Below are positions 12,994-27,131 of a DNA stretch of 64,000 nt, piece by piece. Source of the DNA: Antedon mediterranea (taxonomy: Eukaryota; Animalia; Echinodermata). The notes under the pieces are model-generated. The model made no database searches. It was not told the origin of the DNA and was given only the letters and a program-made list of their open reading frames with translations. How positions within the stretch are numbered: position 1 is the stretch's first letter; the number at the start of each line of letters is the position of its first letter. The stretch lies in NCBI RefSeq assembly GCF_964355755.1, contig NC_092673.1:19279648-19343647 (forward strand), in the 5' to 3' direction. The position numbers and the translations under genes are program-made.

Positions 12994-14056
12994 CTTCAGA
13001 TTTGTCTTGGCATTTCTTTAAATTTATTTTAAGACCACTTCTGATCTTGCCTTTGTATTTTCTGTTTGCTGTCAAATGCGGAACATCCATTAGCGGCACA
13101 AAGTGATTGGGTGTCCAAATGTGTTTCTCTTCTTTCGGATCCAAGATTTGTGTGCTCGTCCACATGATAAAAATTGGCTGACTACCTGCCTTTTGTTTAC
13201 ACGGGTAAAAACTTCTATTCAGAATTCGATACACCTTGTCCATCATGCCATTCAATGGTGGGTATATTGAAACTATTTCGTGACCTATGACAGTGGCTAA
13301 CGCTTGAATTTGCCATGAAGACGAATATCCACTTTCACGACTACAATCCATACAAGCCGTGTCATAATCAGGGCTCACAAGGCCTATTTTTGAGTACTGG
13401 TGCATCTCTATATAGAAATCTTTCTTCGAAACCATTTCAATAAATGTTCGGACGCGCAATTCAATAGATAGTGTGTCATCCCCGGTCAGCGCCATGGACA
13501 CGGCATTGAAAAGGCAGCTTCCGTCACCAGAGACTGATATGGGTTTCAATTCTCTGACATTACCACATCTTCTCAGTAGTGCCATTGACACTTCATCAAT
13601 TTGAAAATTCCCAGTCAACTGAGATGTTAGAACATTAAAATGTGTATCTCTTAGCAAAAAATCTTCCATCTTGGCCACTTCCTTTATATCTACATCATTT
13701 CCAATTGCTGATGACATTCTGAATAGTGACTGAAAGTAGTCAAACGTTCCGTCGTATAAGCAACAACATTGTTTACAACTGTAAGCCAAACTAGTATTTG
13801 CGAGGTACTTAAGGCTTGCTTTGGTTACATTTTCACATTTTATATGAAACCATCGTTGACATAAATCGCAATAAATTGAATCGCCTGCACAACTGATGTT
13901 GCAAACGCCACACAGCCATTTCCTCCCGGCATGGCTGCAACTCTGACAAGACTTTCTGGATTTCTTTCTCCTTTTACTTTCCAGCACCTTATCTGCAGTA
14001 AAAGGAACTAAAAGAAATGTTTCTTGAACGGACTCAGTTTCAGGAAAGTCACTCAA
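12994..14056 (-). CDS. PHD finger + OTU-like (vertnin-type) cysteine protease, main exon; possibly a pseudogene
   Basis: PHD pattern CGVC...CDLCQRWFHIKC...CKQC, OTU-like catalytic motif SGDGSCLFNAVS and distal NHF. GT donor after 12994. An AG acceptor at ~14080 is followed by an in-frame TAA before the ORF. Confidence 0.8.
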
Positions 14057-17000
14057 TCCAATGCTTTATGTCGGATCACCTAAAAAAAAAGTTTGCCTGT
14101 AAGCGAAAAGTCTTCAATTAACTATGGAATTGATAAAGTTCACGTTAGATTATTTGAATTTAAATTTCTAAATATAATTTTTATTATATTGTTGAATAAC
14201 CATAACGGATCATTCGTCGTAATAACAAAAGTTAACATTTTGATATTGTTATTGTTATTTAGGCATATTATTAACAGAAAATTGAAACATGTCATAAAAA
14301 ATTAATTGAATCAAATGCCCAGTATTTGGTGCGGCATTAAAATATCATACTCATTGTTTAAAATAGGCCTAATTTATTTTTAGTTGGACAATTAGACCGT
14401 ACCTTTACTATAACTTACTAAGTCTACCTAATATCTGAAGACATTAAAAACAGCTTATTTATTCAATACTTCCAAACGACAATTACCAACTACAACTTTA
14501 TTCTACTGAATAAATAGGACAGGGGTAGTGACCTACTTTTTAAAAATATCCCACGTACAAATAATCTTACTCTTCACACATACCATAATAATTTTAATCG
14601 ACGTTTGTCCTATAATTGAAATTGATTCAATTTCAATTTATTTCTATAATATAACATACATAATAATATAAAATAACATAATGTTAATTATTAATAAATA
14701 AAATTGCATATACATACAATGAAAAGTAGTTCAGTCATGTGGGGTGAGAGTCATATAAATCATAAATACTTGATATTAAATAGACAATTATAAAATCATA
14801 TAACTCTTTAATTTTGAAAATAATCAGACTTGACGACCTAGGAAGGACGAAGTTGGACTATTCTTATCTTCGTGTGTCAAACACGTGTAAACAAATTACT
14901 TCCTTGATCGACGTCAGGCTTGTTAACTTGATTTATCGCGAGTTAACCTTTCAGGTTTACCGATTGTTACATTGCACGCGACGGATACACTCATGGGCTG
15001 TGTTTGACCTAAACATAATTCCATGTGATGAATAATCATTATGATACACACAGTACCCGCGAATGGAATTCCATTTTTTAAACTACAAATATTGCTGATG
15101 TATTGTATTGGCTAAACTTAATTTTTGGTAGTATTTATATCGTCATTGTTACTGTCAAATCAAATACTGTTAAAATAGAAAAACACGCTCTTAGAAAAGA
15201 ATGTTATAAATGCGCAAATGTAATGTTTATTATTCATCACACATGGAAATATGTTTATATCAATTTAGATTTGATAGATTGTATTTTAAGCAATTAAAAA
15301 CTTTAAAAAATTGTAATGTGACGAATCCGCGATCTGTAAATAATATTAAGTATCAACGCTTAAAGCAAAAAAATCAAAACCAGACAACAATGTAATTACA
15401 AAACTAGCAAAATAGATACCAAACCTCACACAATTGCTAAGTATAAAAACCCATTGAAAAAAAATAAATTGTCTGATTCTGATGCATATCCAGTATTGCT
15501 TTTATTTTGTAGCATACATTCAAAGTAAAGAAATCCTTTGTGTATAACAAAATCAATGGCCGTAAATGGTTCCGAATTTTATTATTGGTAAAACATGAAA
15601 AACGAAGATTAATTAAATCTTTGAATATGTTATTTTGTAGTTTTAATAAAGTTAATCACTTCCATTTTTTGCTTTAAATTACATTTTTTCAGGTAAATAC
15701 ATTTTTTTCGATCCAATTTTTGGTCCAAATTGATAACTATTACGTTACACTAAAATGGAATATTCAACAAAAAAATGTTTAAGATTTATTTTTTCAGGGC
15801 GACAATACATCTTTAATAGTTTGTCAGGTAATAGTGCTAGTAATAGGGAAGAGTGCACTTTTATTACACTTAGCCATCCCATTGCAAAATATCAAACCAT
15901 CAAAATAACAAAATGTGAATGAATAAATATGAACACACATCAAACAAAGCGATTCCAAATGGTTTGATTGTCGAACATGAAATCATGGAGGTGTATAGGC
16001 CTATACCTCCGTGATGAAACCAACTTAACCATTTGTGTTTCCGCAGCAATGTGTCGATTTAGCTATGTATCAAATAATTAGTATACCTGGAAAACACCGG
16101 AAATACTGGCCTATATAGTTTGATATTTTATACTTTCGTTTCGCCCATCATCTAATTCACACAGCACGATTTTTCTTTAGCGTCTTTATTTTCGTTAAAT
16201 TCAGAACAGTCAAAAGAAAAGGTATAAAGTTCTATATCCAGTAATGCTTTCATTTTTTATCCTACATATTTCAAAGTGAATTGCTAATATAATAAAATCA
16301 ATGGCCATAAATAGTTTATCAAATGCTGTTATAAATAATAAACTACACGCTCTCAGGGGAAAATCTTGCAATGCGCAAATGTAGTACGTTATATTTTTAT
16401 TGTGTGGAATTAATAATTATTATTCATCATAGGGAATTATGTTTATATCAATTTAGATAAGATAAAGTATATTTAAAGCAATTACACGTTTTACATAAAA
16501 AAACGAAAAATCCTGTAAATGCGTACCTATAAATATATTGTTATTAAGTGAAATTAATTTTATTCGTCACATAACTATGTCTCAATTTAGACACGATTAC
16601 GTAGAAAAAAAAAACAATCCCAAAACAACTGGAGATCTTCGATCAATTTAAAATGAATGTTTTTCTTCGTTTGTGTTTGCGTAATTAGGCCTAATTCAAT
16701 TGCATTCAATCTAGCAAAAAAGGCATGGACCTCTTGCACAAGAAAAAAGGCATTATCCTTCCGATGCGATCCGAGTCCCTTAACAAAATTAAAAGTCAGT
16801 ACGACACAAAAATGAAATATAAGCAATGTGGGTTTCATTGATCCTCTTAGTGGAAGATAATCGCAAACAAAATATAAGTATACACATCGTAATTCAGGTA
16901 ATTTTAGTTGAAAGCCAAAATTGTATTATTCAATTATTTCAATTCAGTTTATATAACTTAACTATATAAGGAAAAATAAATTGGCCTACAGCACTACTTA

Positions 17001-18111
17001 CTTAGATGTATTCTTTAATTGCTGGAATTTCAAACTGGTAGCAAACAAAGTTCTCAATTATTTTATTTAGTTTATATCGACTTTTTCATCAATGCATGGT
17101 GTATGAAGACAATTTCTTTTACACATTTTTAATAACTTAATCTGTATTTATAGACATTTAGCAAAAAGAAATTACGGTTGCTAACCAATCAAAATGTAGG
17201 AAAGAGATTCTGATGTACGTACCAATCAATCAAACAAACAAAAAACAGTGTTGATTATTTTCATTAACCTGTAACTTTTTGTAGGCCATTATCCGTTCTT
17301 TAGCCTATATTTACATTCCTCGTGGTTTATGCAATGTCCTTTGTTGCCCCGACTTCCTTTCCCTTGAAATCCACATCCTCTAATCCATCATATTTTAACA
17401 TTCCTAAAGAATGACACTCGAGGCCTCCTTCCCTCAAATCATAGACATGTTATATAGTGAACTATGTCGCTTGCTCAAATCAAAATGTATGAGATGAGAA
17501 GTTGATAATTTCTCGATGAAATTATTTCGTAATTCATTGTATTAATAAATGACTCAAATAATTAATTAATTTACAGCTTAATCACAACCTACATTCAGTA
17601 ATTTTAACAGAATCGGACTCGCATCTTTATATTGTTGTTGTAGGCTCATGCGAAAACCTTTGTCTGTATGTGTATTGATTGCATTTTGCTCTGTAATAAT
17701 ACATTTTATTAATTGTTGATTTAGGTTACAAAAAGAATTGAAGTGAATGAAATTAAATTTACCATAAAGATAGAAAGGATGAAGGAGGCAAGGTGTTCAG
17801 GCGATCGCATCCGTATTTGAAACAAAAGGATATTCAACCAGTTTGAATCACTGATTGACTATATTAATTACTATTTTTATTTAAACGTAAACTGGCGTCG
17901 TATAAATGAAATTGAAACACTTTTCTTTATACTAAGTATCCCACCAAGTACGACTTGTTTAAGTATTATTTTGGCCTATTGTATATTGTGTGGGTTATGA
18001 TCCTAATTAAATACAGAAATGTAATTTTGTAACAAAAATACAATAATGTAACACATGCCAGATAAACCTACTTTAATTACATTGTGGTATCTGGTGCGCG
18101 TGTAATCGATG

Positions 18112-18310
18112 GACTTGTACTGTTCCATCGTACCACTCCGAGAGTGTTAAAGAGTCGCTATCAAATCGGATCTTAACAATACCATGAAAGCCCCGGGTAA
18201 TGGTTACGACATCTGCATATCAAGCAGAAGGTTCCGGGTTCGAATCTCATTCTCACAGATTCCTCTCTTATCGTTTCAAATTAATTAATACATTTTCAGT
18301 ATACACCAGG
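18112..18310 (+). repeat. Interspersed repeat with a tRNA-derived core (SINE-like); inverted copy at ~11535-11745
   Basis: Anticodon-like stem tctgc-atatcaa-gcaga and B-box ggttcgaatc at ~18190-18247, with no proper acceptor stem. A diverged reverse-complement copy is at 11535-11745 and fragments at 18385-18570. Confidence 0.6.
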
Positions 18311-20631
18311 CTGTTTAGAGTTTATGTTCTATGCATGATGTGTGTCTATCCATTAGACCACAGGTGCTTTTCACATGGTATTAGTGGTACGGCGGAAGAA
18401 CACTAGTGTCCCTCAATTGTCCCAAATTGATTCGCCCTCATTTTTAAGTATTTTATTCACGAACCGGGATCTCCGAAGAGAATTGTATATAAGTCGCCCG
18501 TGATATACTGAAATTTAATTAATCAATTTGAAACGGTATAAACATGAGGAAATCTGTGAGAATAAAAAAAGACGTCCCAACCAAGATTTGCTTGCAGCAG
18601 TTTCCGTTTCGTGATTGCTGATTTATTAGTAATATAATATTTACATTCTTGCATAGTTTTTTAACTGTCACTATGGACACTGATCGTCATAAATAAATGC
18701 ACCTCTTTTCTATTTATCCTTTTATGGTGCCGAAACCTTGGATTGAATCAACAGTTCGGACGTAAACTCAATAAATAATGATTGACATGTAAAACTGTTG
18801 CCGATTTGATAACCCATGCATGGTTCCTGTGGCATTCACCTTGTTCGTGGCTATCAAGGTTGTTCCCAGTTTTTGTAAATTTACGTCATAATATCTACTG
18901 TGCATAATAATAATCTAGTCCCAAACTTTTAACATCAATGCAAAGCGTGTGTCCTATAAATTGATTTATGTTTTATACTGCGTAGGGCATACTTGTACCA
19001 TTGAGGAAAACACGCTAATACCCAGTCATAGTAGGTCTACAACACTCCATCACTTTTTTCAAGGTTTCATTCGGACTGCTTGAAACATTAAACATGGTTC
19101 TCCATTATTCATAACCAAGACATTTAGATCACATAAACAAAAGCACCAAACTCTTCATGTTCATAATTCATATTTTTTATTAAGGTCGAACTCATAATAA
19201 ACAAGTTTTGTATTATCTATTTTATTCGGGAACACATAACAACTTAAAACGACTTGGTTACCCCAATGTGATTTTAGGCAATACAATTCTTTTATAAATA
19301 TCGTTAAATTAATTTTAAAAATGTTGATAGAGAGACGCCCAGTTTCACTTCAACTGTACTGTACGATGAAAGCGAGGAGGTACGACGGTGATTAAATGGG
19401 AATCCCATCTCCTCATTAGCCGCCGTAAAAAGCAACTCGTTCGTTTAACGAACTGACACGTCTCTAAAGCAGCTTTCCGCAAACTTCGCAGCCCAAAACT
19501 TTTGACTGGGCTCTCAGTGCTTTTCTTTATTCCACCCGTAGTTATGTATATTTTAATTAATTATCATATTTTGCCCATAGTGTCTGTTATCTATTCATAA
19601 TTGTTTACTAGGATATTATAATCCTTGTATAATCATATCAAAATTCTCATCGGAGTTATTACCATTACATAATAAATAATACTCATTTTGATCACTGATT
19701 CATTCGATTATATCCCCTACATATTATGTATTGTGTTTATAAAAATATTAAATTTTCTCTTCTTTTAAATTAGTTTTCTATTTTGTACATATTAACCCTG
19801 TTATTTATGTTGTGTGTAGCCTAAAAGTTATTTATGTTTATTTTGTTGTCCAGAGTTGGAGGCGATAGTTGCCATTGCTCGCTTGTCCTCGGTGCTCCCT
19901 TTTTTCACCACTGAAAGGAATAATACATAATTAAATGTCATCATAAATAACAGCCAATTACATTTTGAAATACGACCTACAACTTCGTATCAAATCAAAG
20001 ATTTTAGGATAGGATTAAGGATAGCCGGCCCACATTCCGTAGACTACCGGTGGAGGTCCTTCTCATCTCATTCAAACATCTAAGACTTCAATAATATAGC
20101 CTATTATGCAACAAATAAAAGAAAGTTATCAACAACTACTTTCATTGGATTTGTGAAATGATATTCCTTAACATTTCATTTAGAGATGCGAAGCATAAAA
20201 TAATATTTATACTGAAGTTTTATGTGAATACATGGACATTTTATTATTTCTAATTGTACAGTTACAAATACACATTCAAAATCAATTAAATAAATGTATA
20301 GAGGGCAGCAATCAGAAAAATCGATATTATTTATAAATGCGCCCTCTATTCGTGAAATATCACAATTCTACAATTTTTTCCGGTAATTTCCTGTCTTTTT
20401 TCTGGTAAATAGTCATTTTTTTGGTATTTTCCGGTTTCTTCCGGTATTTTTTTGGTTTTTTCCGGTATTTTTCGGTATTTTCCGTTTTTTTGTGGTTTTT
20501 TCCGGTTTTTAGGCGGCCCCTGTGTGATGTTTGTATTTTGGTGTGTACTGTGTGTAGGCCTAGAAGTTTACCAAATTTATTATTTAACTTTTCTGTGTTG
20601 TAAATCATCGCCTCCCGGCAGTTTAGCCTAG

Positions 20632-21672
20632 GGGTGTCACGAAAGCTCAGACCACGAAAGCTCAGACCCCCTTAGACCTAAGATCACGAAAGCTAAGAGT
20701 AAGACCCAACACCTAAGATTACAAATATTTATCTTTCGCACCTGCCTTGTATTTTAACTCCCAACATTTATTCTGAATACCACACCTTAGAATTGGCACT
20801 TTCATGAAAAAGAATCACATAAAAAGTAACAAATACATTTTTAAATTGATGATTTTACAGACGTTTTTCTCGCACACAAAATGACTAGCCTACAGTACAG
20901 TAGGCCTACCCCATGGGCCATGTTCAATGTTTTTGTTTCTATGGAACGTCAAAAGAGCAAAAATTATATAGAGGGCTGAAAACTCTGTGGAGTCCATCTA
21001 CAGTGTGGATGGAACAATGTAAAATTAAAATTGTAATGATAATAGTATAATCATGCAAGTACGAAGAAATAAATACTGGCAAATAAATTTTAATTTAAAA
21101 ATCATTATAAGTTTTTTTGTTTCGTTTTCTTTCTGTTTTTATACTTGTACTATTATTGTTGCTCTTTTGGCGCTCCATAGAAACAAAAACAATAATAATA
21201 AATAATCATAAATTTAAAGGATTTATTTATTTGTTATTATGTGTTTCTCCTTCTGAAAGTACTTATAAGTCCTAATTTTAAAGTGTGGTATTCAGGATAA
21301 AGTTAGTCAACAAATTTGGAGTCAAAATACAAGAAAGGCAGGTGCGTAAGAAAAACATCCTCTGAAGCAACACAATGGAGTAAATATATACCAACAAACA
21401 ACCCGTCAAGTTTGTTTGTTGTAAAGAAAAAATATACATTTACTCAACGGGCGAAAATAATGTGAGTTTATCTATGTTTTGCGGTAGTATTAAATTATAT
21501 TTATGGTAATAAATGAAACCTACTGTGTTTAAAATTATGTATGGATAAACAAGTATTGTTTTTAAGCTGTAGTATATCTTAGAATTTGTAATCTTAGGTC
21601 TTGGGTCTTAGCTTTCGTGATCTTAGGTCTTAGGGGGTCTTAGCTTTCGTGGTCTTAGGTTTCGTGACACCC
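20632..21672. mobile_element. ~1.04-kb MITE with gggtgtcacgaaa...tttcgtgacaccc ends (copy A)
   Basis: ~95-bp TIRs with cgaaagctaagacc subrepeats, plus an internal second pair of inverted arms. The two flanks do not form a TSD. Confidence 0.9.
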
Positions 21673-24600
21673 ACCTGCATTGTGGTATTATGCATACACT
21701 GAGGTATGACACGCTAACGTTACATTGACAAATAAATAGCTGCTCATAAAAGATAGACTATAGTGTACTACCTGCATTGAGGTATTATAATGCATACACT
21801 GAGGTATGACACGCTAACATTACATTGACAAATAAATGACTGCTCATACAAGATAGACTATAGCATACTACCTGCATTGTGGTATTACAATACATACACT
21901 GAGGTATGACACCCTAACACTACATTGACAAATAAATGGCTGCTCATACAAGATAGACTATAGCATACTACCTGCATTGTGATATTACAATACATACACT
22001 GAGGTATGACACCCTAACACTACATTGACAAATAAATGGCTGCTCATACAAGATAGACTATAGCATACTACCTGCATTGTGGTATTACAATACATACAAT
22101 GAGCTACGACACCCTAACACTACATTGACAAATAAATGGCTGCTCATACAAGATAGACTATAGCATACTACCTGCATTGTGGTATTACAATACATACACT
22201 GAGGTATGACACCCTAACACTACATTGACAAATAAATGGCTGCTCATACAAGATAGACTATAGCATACTACCTGCATTGTGGTATTACAATACATACACT
22301 GAGGTATGACACCCTAACACTACATTGACAAATAAATGGCTGTATCATACAAGATAGACTATAGCATACTACCTGCATTGTGGTATTATGCATACACTGA
22401 GGTATGACACGCTAACGTTACATTGACAAATAAATGGCTGTATCATACAAGATAGACTATAGCATACTACCTGCATTGTGGTATTATGCATACACTGAGG
22501 TATGACACGCTAACGTTACATTGACAAATAAATGGCTGTATCATACAAGATAGACTATAGCATACTACCTGCATTGTGGTATTATGCATACACTGAGCTA
22601 TGACACCCTAACACTACATTGACAAATAAATGGCTGCTCATACAAGATAGACTATAGCATACTACCTGCATTGTGATATTACAATACATACAATGAGCTA
22701 CGACACCCTAACACTACATTGACAAATAAATGGCTGCTCATACAAGATAGACTATAGCATACTACCTGCATTGTGATATTACAATACATACAATGAGCTA
22801 CGACACCCTAACACTACATTGACAAATAAATGGCTGCTCATACAAGATAGACTATAGCATACTACCTGCATTGTGATATTACAATACATACACTGAGGTA
22901 TGACACCCTAACACTACATTGACAAATAAATGGCTGCTCATACAAGATAGACTATAGCATACTACCTGCATTGTGATATTACAATACATACACTGAGCTA
23001 CGACACCCTAACACTACATTGACAAATAAATGGCTGCTCATACAAGATAAACTATAGCATACTACCTGCATTGTGATATTACAATACATACACTGAGGTA
23101 TGACACCCTAACACTACATTGACAAATAAATGGCTGCTCATACAAGATAGACTATAGCATACTACCTGCATTGGGGTGTCACGAAACCTAAGACCACGAA
23201 AGCTAAGATCCCCTAAGACCTAAGATCACGAAAGCTAAGACCCAAGACCTAAGATTACAAATATTTATCTTTCGCACCTGCCTTGTATTTTAACTCCCAA
23301 CATTTATTCTGAATACCACACCTTAGAATTGGCACTTTCATGAAAAAGAATCACATAAAAAGTAACAAATACATTTTTAAATTGATGATTTTACAGACGT
23401 TTTTCTCGCACACAAAATGACCAGCCTACAGTACACTAGTAGCAGTATACTGTAATGTAACTCCTCGAGCTCCCCATGCTCAATGTTTTTGTTTCTATGG
23501 AACGTCAAAAGAGCAAAAATTATATAGAGGGCTGAAAACTCTGTTGGAGTCCATCTACAGTGTGGATGGAACAATGTAAAATTAAAATTGTAATGATAAT
23601 AGTATAATCATGCAAGTACGAAGAAATAAATACTGGCAAATAAATTTTAACTTAAAAATCATGATAAGTTTTTTTGTTTCGTTTTCTTTCTGTTTTTATA
23701 CTTGTACTATTATTGTTGCTCTTTTGGCGCTCCATAGAAACAAAAACATTGAGCATGGGGAGCGGAGTTACATTACAGTATACAAAGAAACGTCTGTAAA
23801 ATCATAAATTTAAAGGATTTATTTATTTGTTATTATGTGTTTCTCCTTCTGAAAGTACTTATAAGTCCTAATTTTAAAGTGTGGTATTCAGGATAAAGTT
23901 AGTCAACAAATTTGGAGTCAAAATACAAGAAAGGCAGGTGCGTAAGAAAAACATCCTCTGAACCAACACATTGGAGTAAATATATACCAACAAACAACCC
24001 GTCAAGTTTGTTTGTTGTAAAGAAAAAATATACATTTACTCAACGGGCGAAAATAATGTGAGTTTATCTATGTTTTGCGGTAGTATTAAATTATATTTAT
24101 GGTAATAAATGAAACCTACTGTGTTTAAAATTATGTATGGATAAACAAGTATTGTTTTTAAGCTGTAGTATATCTTAGAATTTGTAATCTTAGGTCTTGG
24201 GTCTTAGCTTTCGTGATCTTAGGTCTTAGGGGGTCTTAGCTTTCGTGGTCTTAGGTTTCGTGACACCCACCTGCATTGTGGTATTATGCATACACTGAGG
24301 TATGACACGCTAACGTTACATTGACAAATAAATAGCTGCTCATAAAAGATAGACTATAGTGTACTACCTGCATTGAGGTATTATAATGCATACACTGAGG
24401 TATGACACGCTAACATTACATTGACAAATAAATGACTGCTCATACAAGATAGACTATAGCATACTACCTGCATTGTGGTATTACAATACATACACTGAGG
24501 TATGACACCCTAACACTACATTGACAAATAAATGGCTGCTCATACAAGATAGACTATAGCATACTACCTGCATTGTGATATTACAATACATACACTGAGG

Positions 24601-25650
24601 TATGACACCCTAACACTACATTGACAAATAAATGGCTGCTCATACAAGATAGACTATAGCATACTACCTGCATTGTGGTATTACAATACATACAATGAGC
24701 TACGACACCCTAACACTACATTGACAAATAAATGGCTGCTCATACAAGATAGACTATAGCATACTACCTGCATTGTGGTATTACAATACATACACTGAGG
24801 TATGACACCCTAACACTACATTGACAAATAAATGGCTGCTCATACAAGATAGACTATAGCATACTACCTGCATTGTGGTATTATAATGCATACACTGAGG
24901 TATGACACCCTAACACTACATTGACAAATAAATGGCTGCTCATACAAGATAAACTATAGCATACTACCTGCATTGTGGTATTATGCATACACTGAGGTAT
25001 GACACGCTAACGTTACATTGACAAATAAATGGCTGTATCATACAAGATAGACTATAGCATACTACCTGCATTGTGGTATTATGCATACACTGAGGTATGA
25101 CACGCTAACGTTACATTGACAAATAAATGGCTGTATCATACAAGATAGACTATAGCATACTACCTGCATTGTGGTATTATGCATACACTGAGCTATGACA
25201 CCCTAACACTACATTGACAAATAAATGGCTGCTCATACAAGATAAACTATAGCATACTACCTGCATTGTGATATTACAATACATACACTGAGGTATGACA
25301 CCCTAACACTACATTGACAAATAAATGGCTGCTCATACAAGATAGACTATAGCATACTACCTGCATTGTGGTATTATACATACACTGAGGTATGACTCGC
25401 TAACGTTACATTGACAAATAAATAGCTGCTCATAAAAGATAGACTATAGTGTACTACCTGCATTGAGGTATTATAATGCATACACTGAGGTATGACACGC
25501 TAACATTACATTGACAAATAAACGGTTGCTCATTGCTCAGACTATAGTGTACTACTTGCATTGTGATATTACAATACATACAATGAGGTACGATGCATAT
25601 ACATTATATTGCTAAAGAAACGGCTGGTCATTCAAGATAGACGATAGCAT
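21673..25650. repeat. 100-bp tandem repeat (~28 copies in two blocks), interrupted by MITE copy B
   Basis: gaggtatgac recurs at 21901 and 22001, giving a 100-bp period. Blocks are 21673-23173 and 24269-~25650. Confidence 0.96.
23174..24268. mobile_element. ~1.1-kb MITE (copy B) inserted in the 100-bp satellite
   Basis: Same TIRs as copy A, with a 10-bp TSD acctgcattg at 23164-23173 and 24269-24278. Confidence 0.92.
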
Positions 25651-26631
25651 ACAAACTTAAATTGTGGTATTACATAATAATAATATTACAATTGCAACAG
25701 CCCCTACTGTTGGGCGGAGGTTTTCACTTGAACTATCAAATAAACTATCTTTAGACAACTTGTAACGCATCAAACACTTTATTCAATCTCAATGGCGATG
25801 GCCATGGCAACTTGCCGATGTGATGAAGATCACGATAATGACGCTGATGATGATCAGCTATTGAATAAAGACTGACTTTACTGATAATGGTGATGATGGT
25901 TTCAACTAGAAACAAAAGATAATAACATGTTTGTTATTATAACAAGTATTTACGTTTAAATAACTCTACGGAGCTCCAAACATAACAACAACAAACACTT
26001 TCGTGTAAATAGCTCTTGAATAGAGCCGTGCTCAATCAAGCGGAACGAGCACCGTCTGCATCACACTGGATTTCATCCCATGACAACCGCGGGAGAATTG
26101 CGAACGTTACAACATTATACAACAAGCATGAACATGCTTTCAATCTTGGCCACAGATAGGCCTACACTCCACGCACCATTTAGACGGCGTTCGGAGTCAA
26201 AATTAACTATAATATAACTTCAATCAACTACTGCATAAATCATAATTTCTTATTATTATCACAATATTATTCATTAGATGATTAAAACTTATGTTTGTGT
26301 CTCTTCTAGATAGACCTACGCATAGAACACATTATCTTTGTGAGCGGACATATTAGACAACTTTTAATTATAAAGGGCGCTAAACTAACAGATGAGCCGT
26401 AACAACAATTGTGTTGTTAAAGAAATGACAGCTCAATTTGAAAAGTTTCTAGTGATTAATATTTCCAAATATGAAAACAGTAAAAATGAATGGCTTTAAA
26501 TCTCATGGGCTGCAATAGGCAATGTGAACTATATTTGTTATTATTTCTGTTTGTTATTATTTCTGTTTGTTATTGCAATCCATTGTTTATTGCACTAATG
26601 GTGAACTAAACCACCACAACGTCATTTCTTT

Positions 26632-27131
26632 TCATCTTTGCAACAACTTATTAACCTCATCTATTTTGTCTTCACTCAGCAACCCTCGAGGAACAAAATC
26701 AAATATCAGACTCCAGCTGTCTGCATACTTCTTAAGGACAGGGAAGTTGTGTCTTGCATCAAGTCTTCTGATAGCGGAATCCTTAAGATTTTTTCCAAGA
26801 TTAACAATCTTCATTGTGTGTGCAGGAAATGATACTACCTCACGTTTCTTGACGTCTTTGAAAGCAGGAAGCTTTTCTGTGACTGTTGACTCGAAGCCAA
26901 ATTGTTCAGTTACTTTTATTGCATCAAACAGTACAGACAGATTTGTTTGACTCAATCGCCCATTCGCAGATAAAAGAGTTAACAAGTCAATTGTACTGGT
27001 AACTTTTTTCAACTCTTCAATGTTGCTTACTATTCCTATGAATAGGACTTGTAGCCTGTTAAGGAGTCCACGTTCATCAAACCATTGTGCAAAGTCTGTA
27101 ATCAAGTGTTTAAAATCATCCTCTGAGAAAT
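26632..27131 (-). CDS. Last coding exon: tandem death-effector-domain-like helical region
   Basis: Acceptor tatag|at. DFKHLITDFAQW...IDLLTLLSANGRLSQTNLSVL and HTMKIVNLGKNL...WSLIFDFVPRGLLSEDKI resemble DED patterns (F..LL..l...L / LF..Le..g.l...nl..L). Judged by eye only. Confidence 0.62.

Larger units (their letters stand above)
10913..20520. mobile_element. 9.6-kb TIR DNA transposon carrying a PHD/OTU-like gene; no transposase recognised
   Basis: ~130-bp TIRs built of ccggaaaa subrepeats (10913-11042 vs ~20390-20520) and an 8-bp TSD tgtgtgat at 10905-10912 and 20521-20528. Confidence 0.85.

Noticed and set aside
18190-18260. Functional tRNA gene
   Set aside because: The acceptor stem and D-arm are incomplete, the two copies differ in the anticodon loop, and shared flanks extend beyond the tRNA-like part, so it is a repeat-borne relic.
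14800-19500. Possible decayed transposase exons inside the 9.6-kb element
   Set aside because: No ORF or DDE-type motif could be recognised by eye; this needs tBLASTn.
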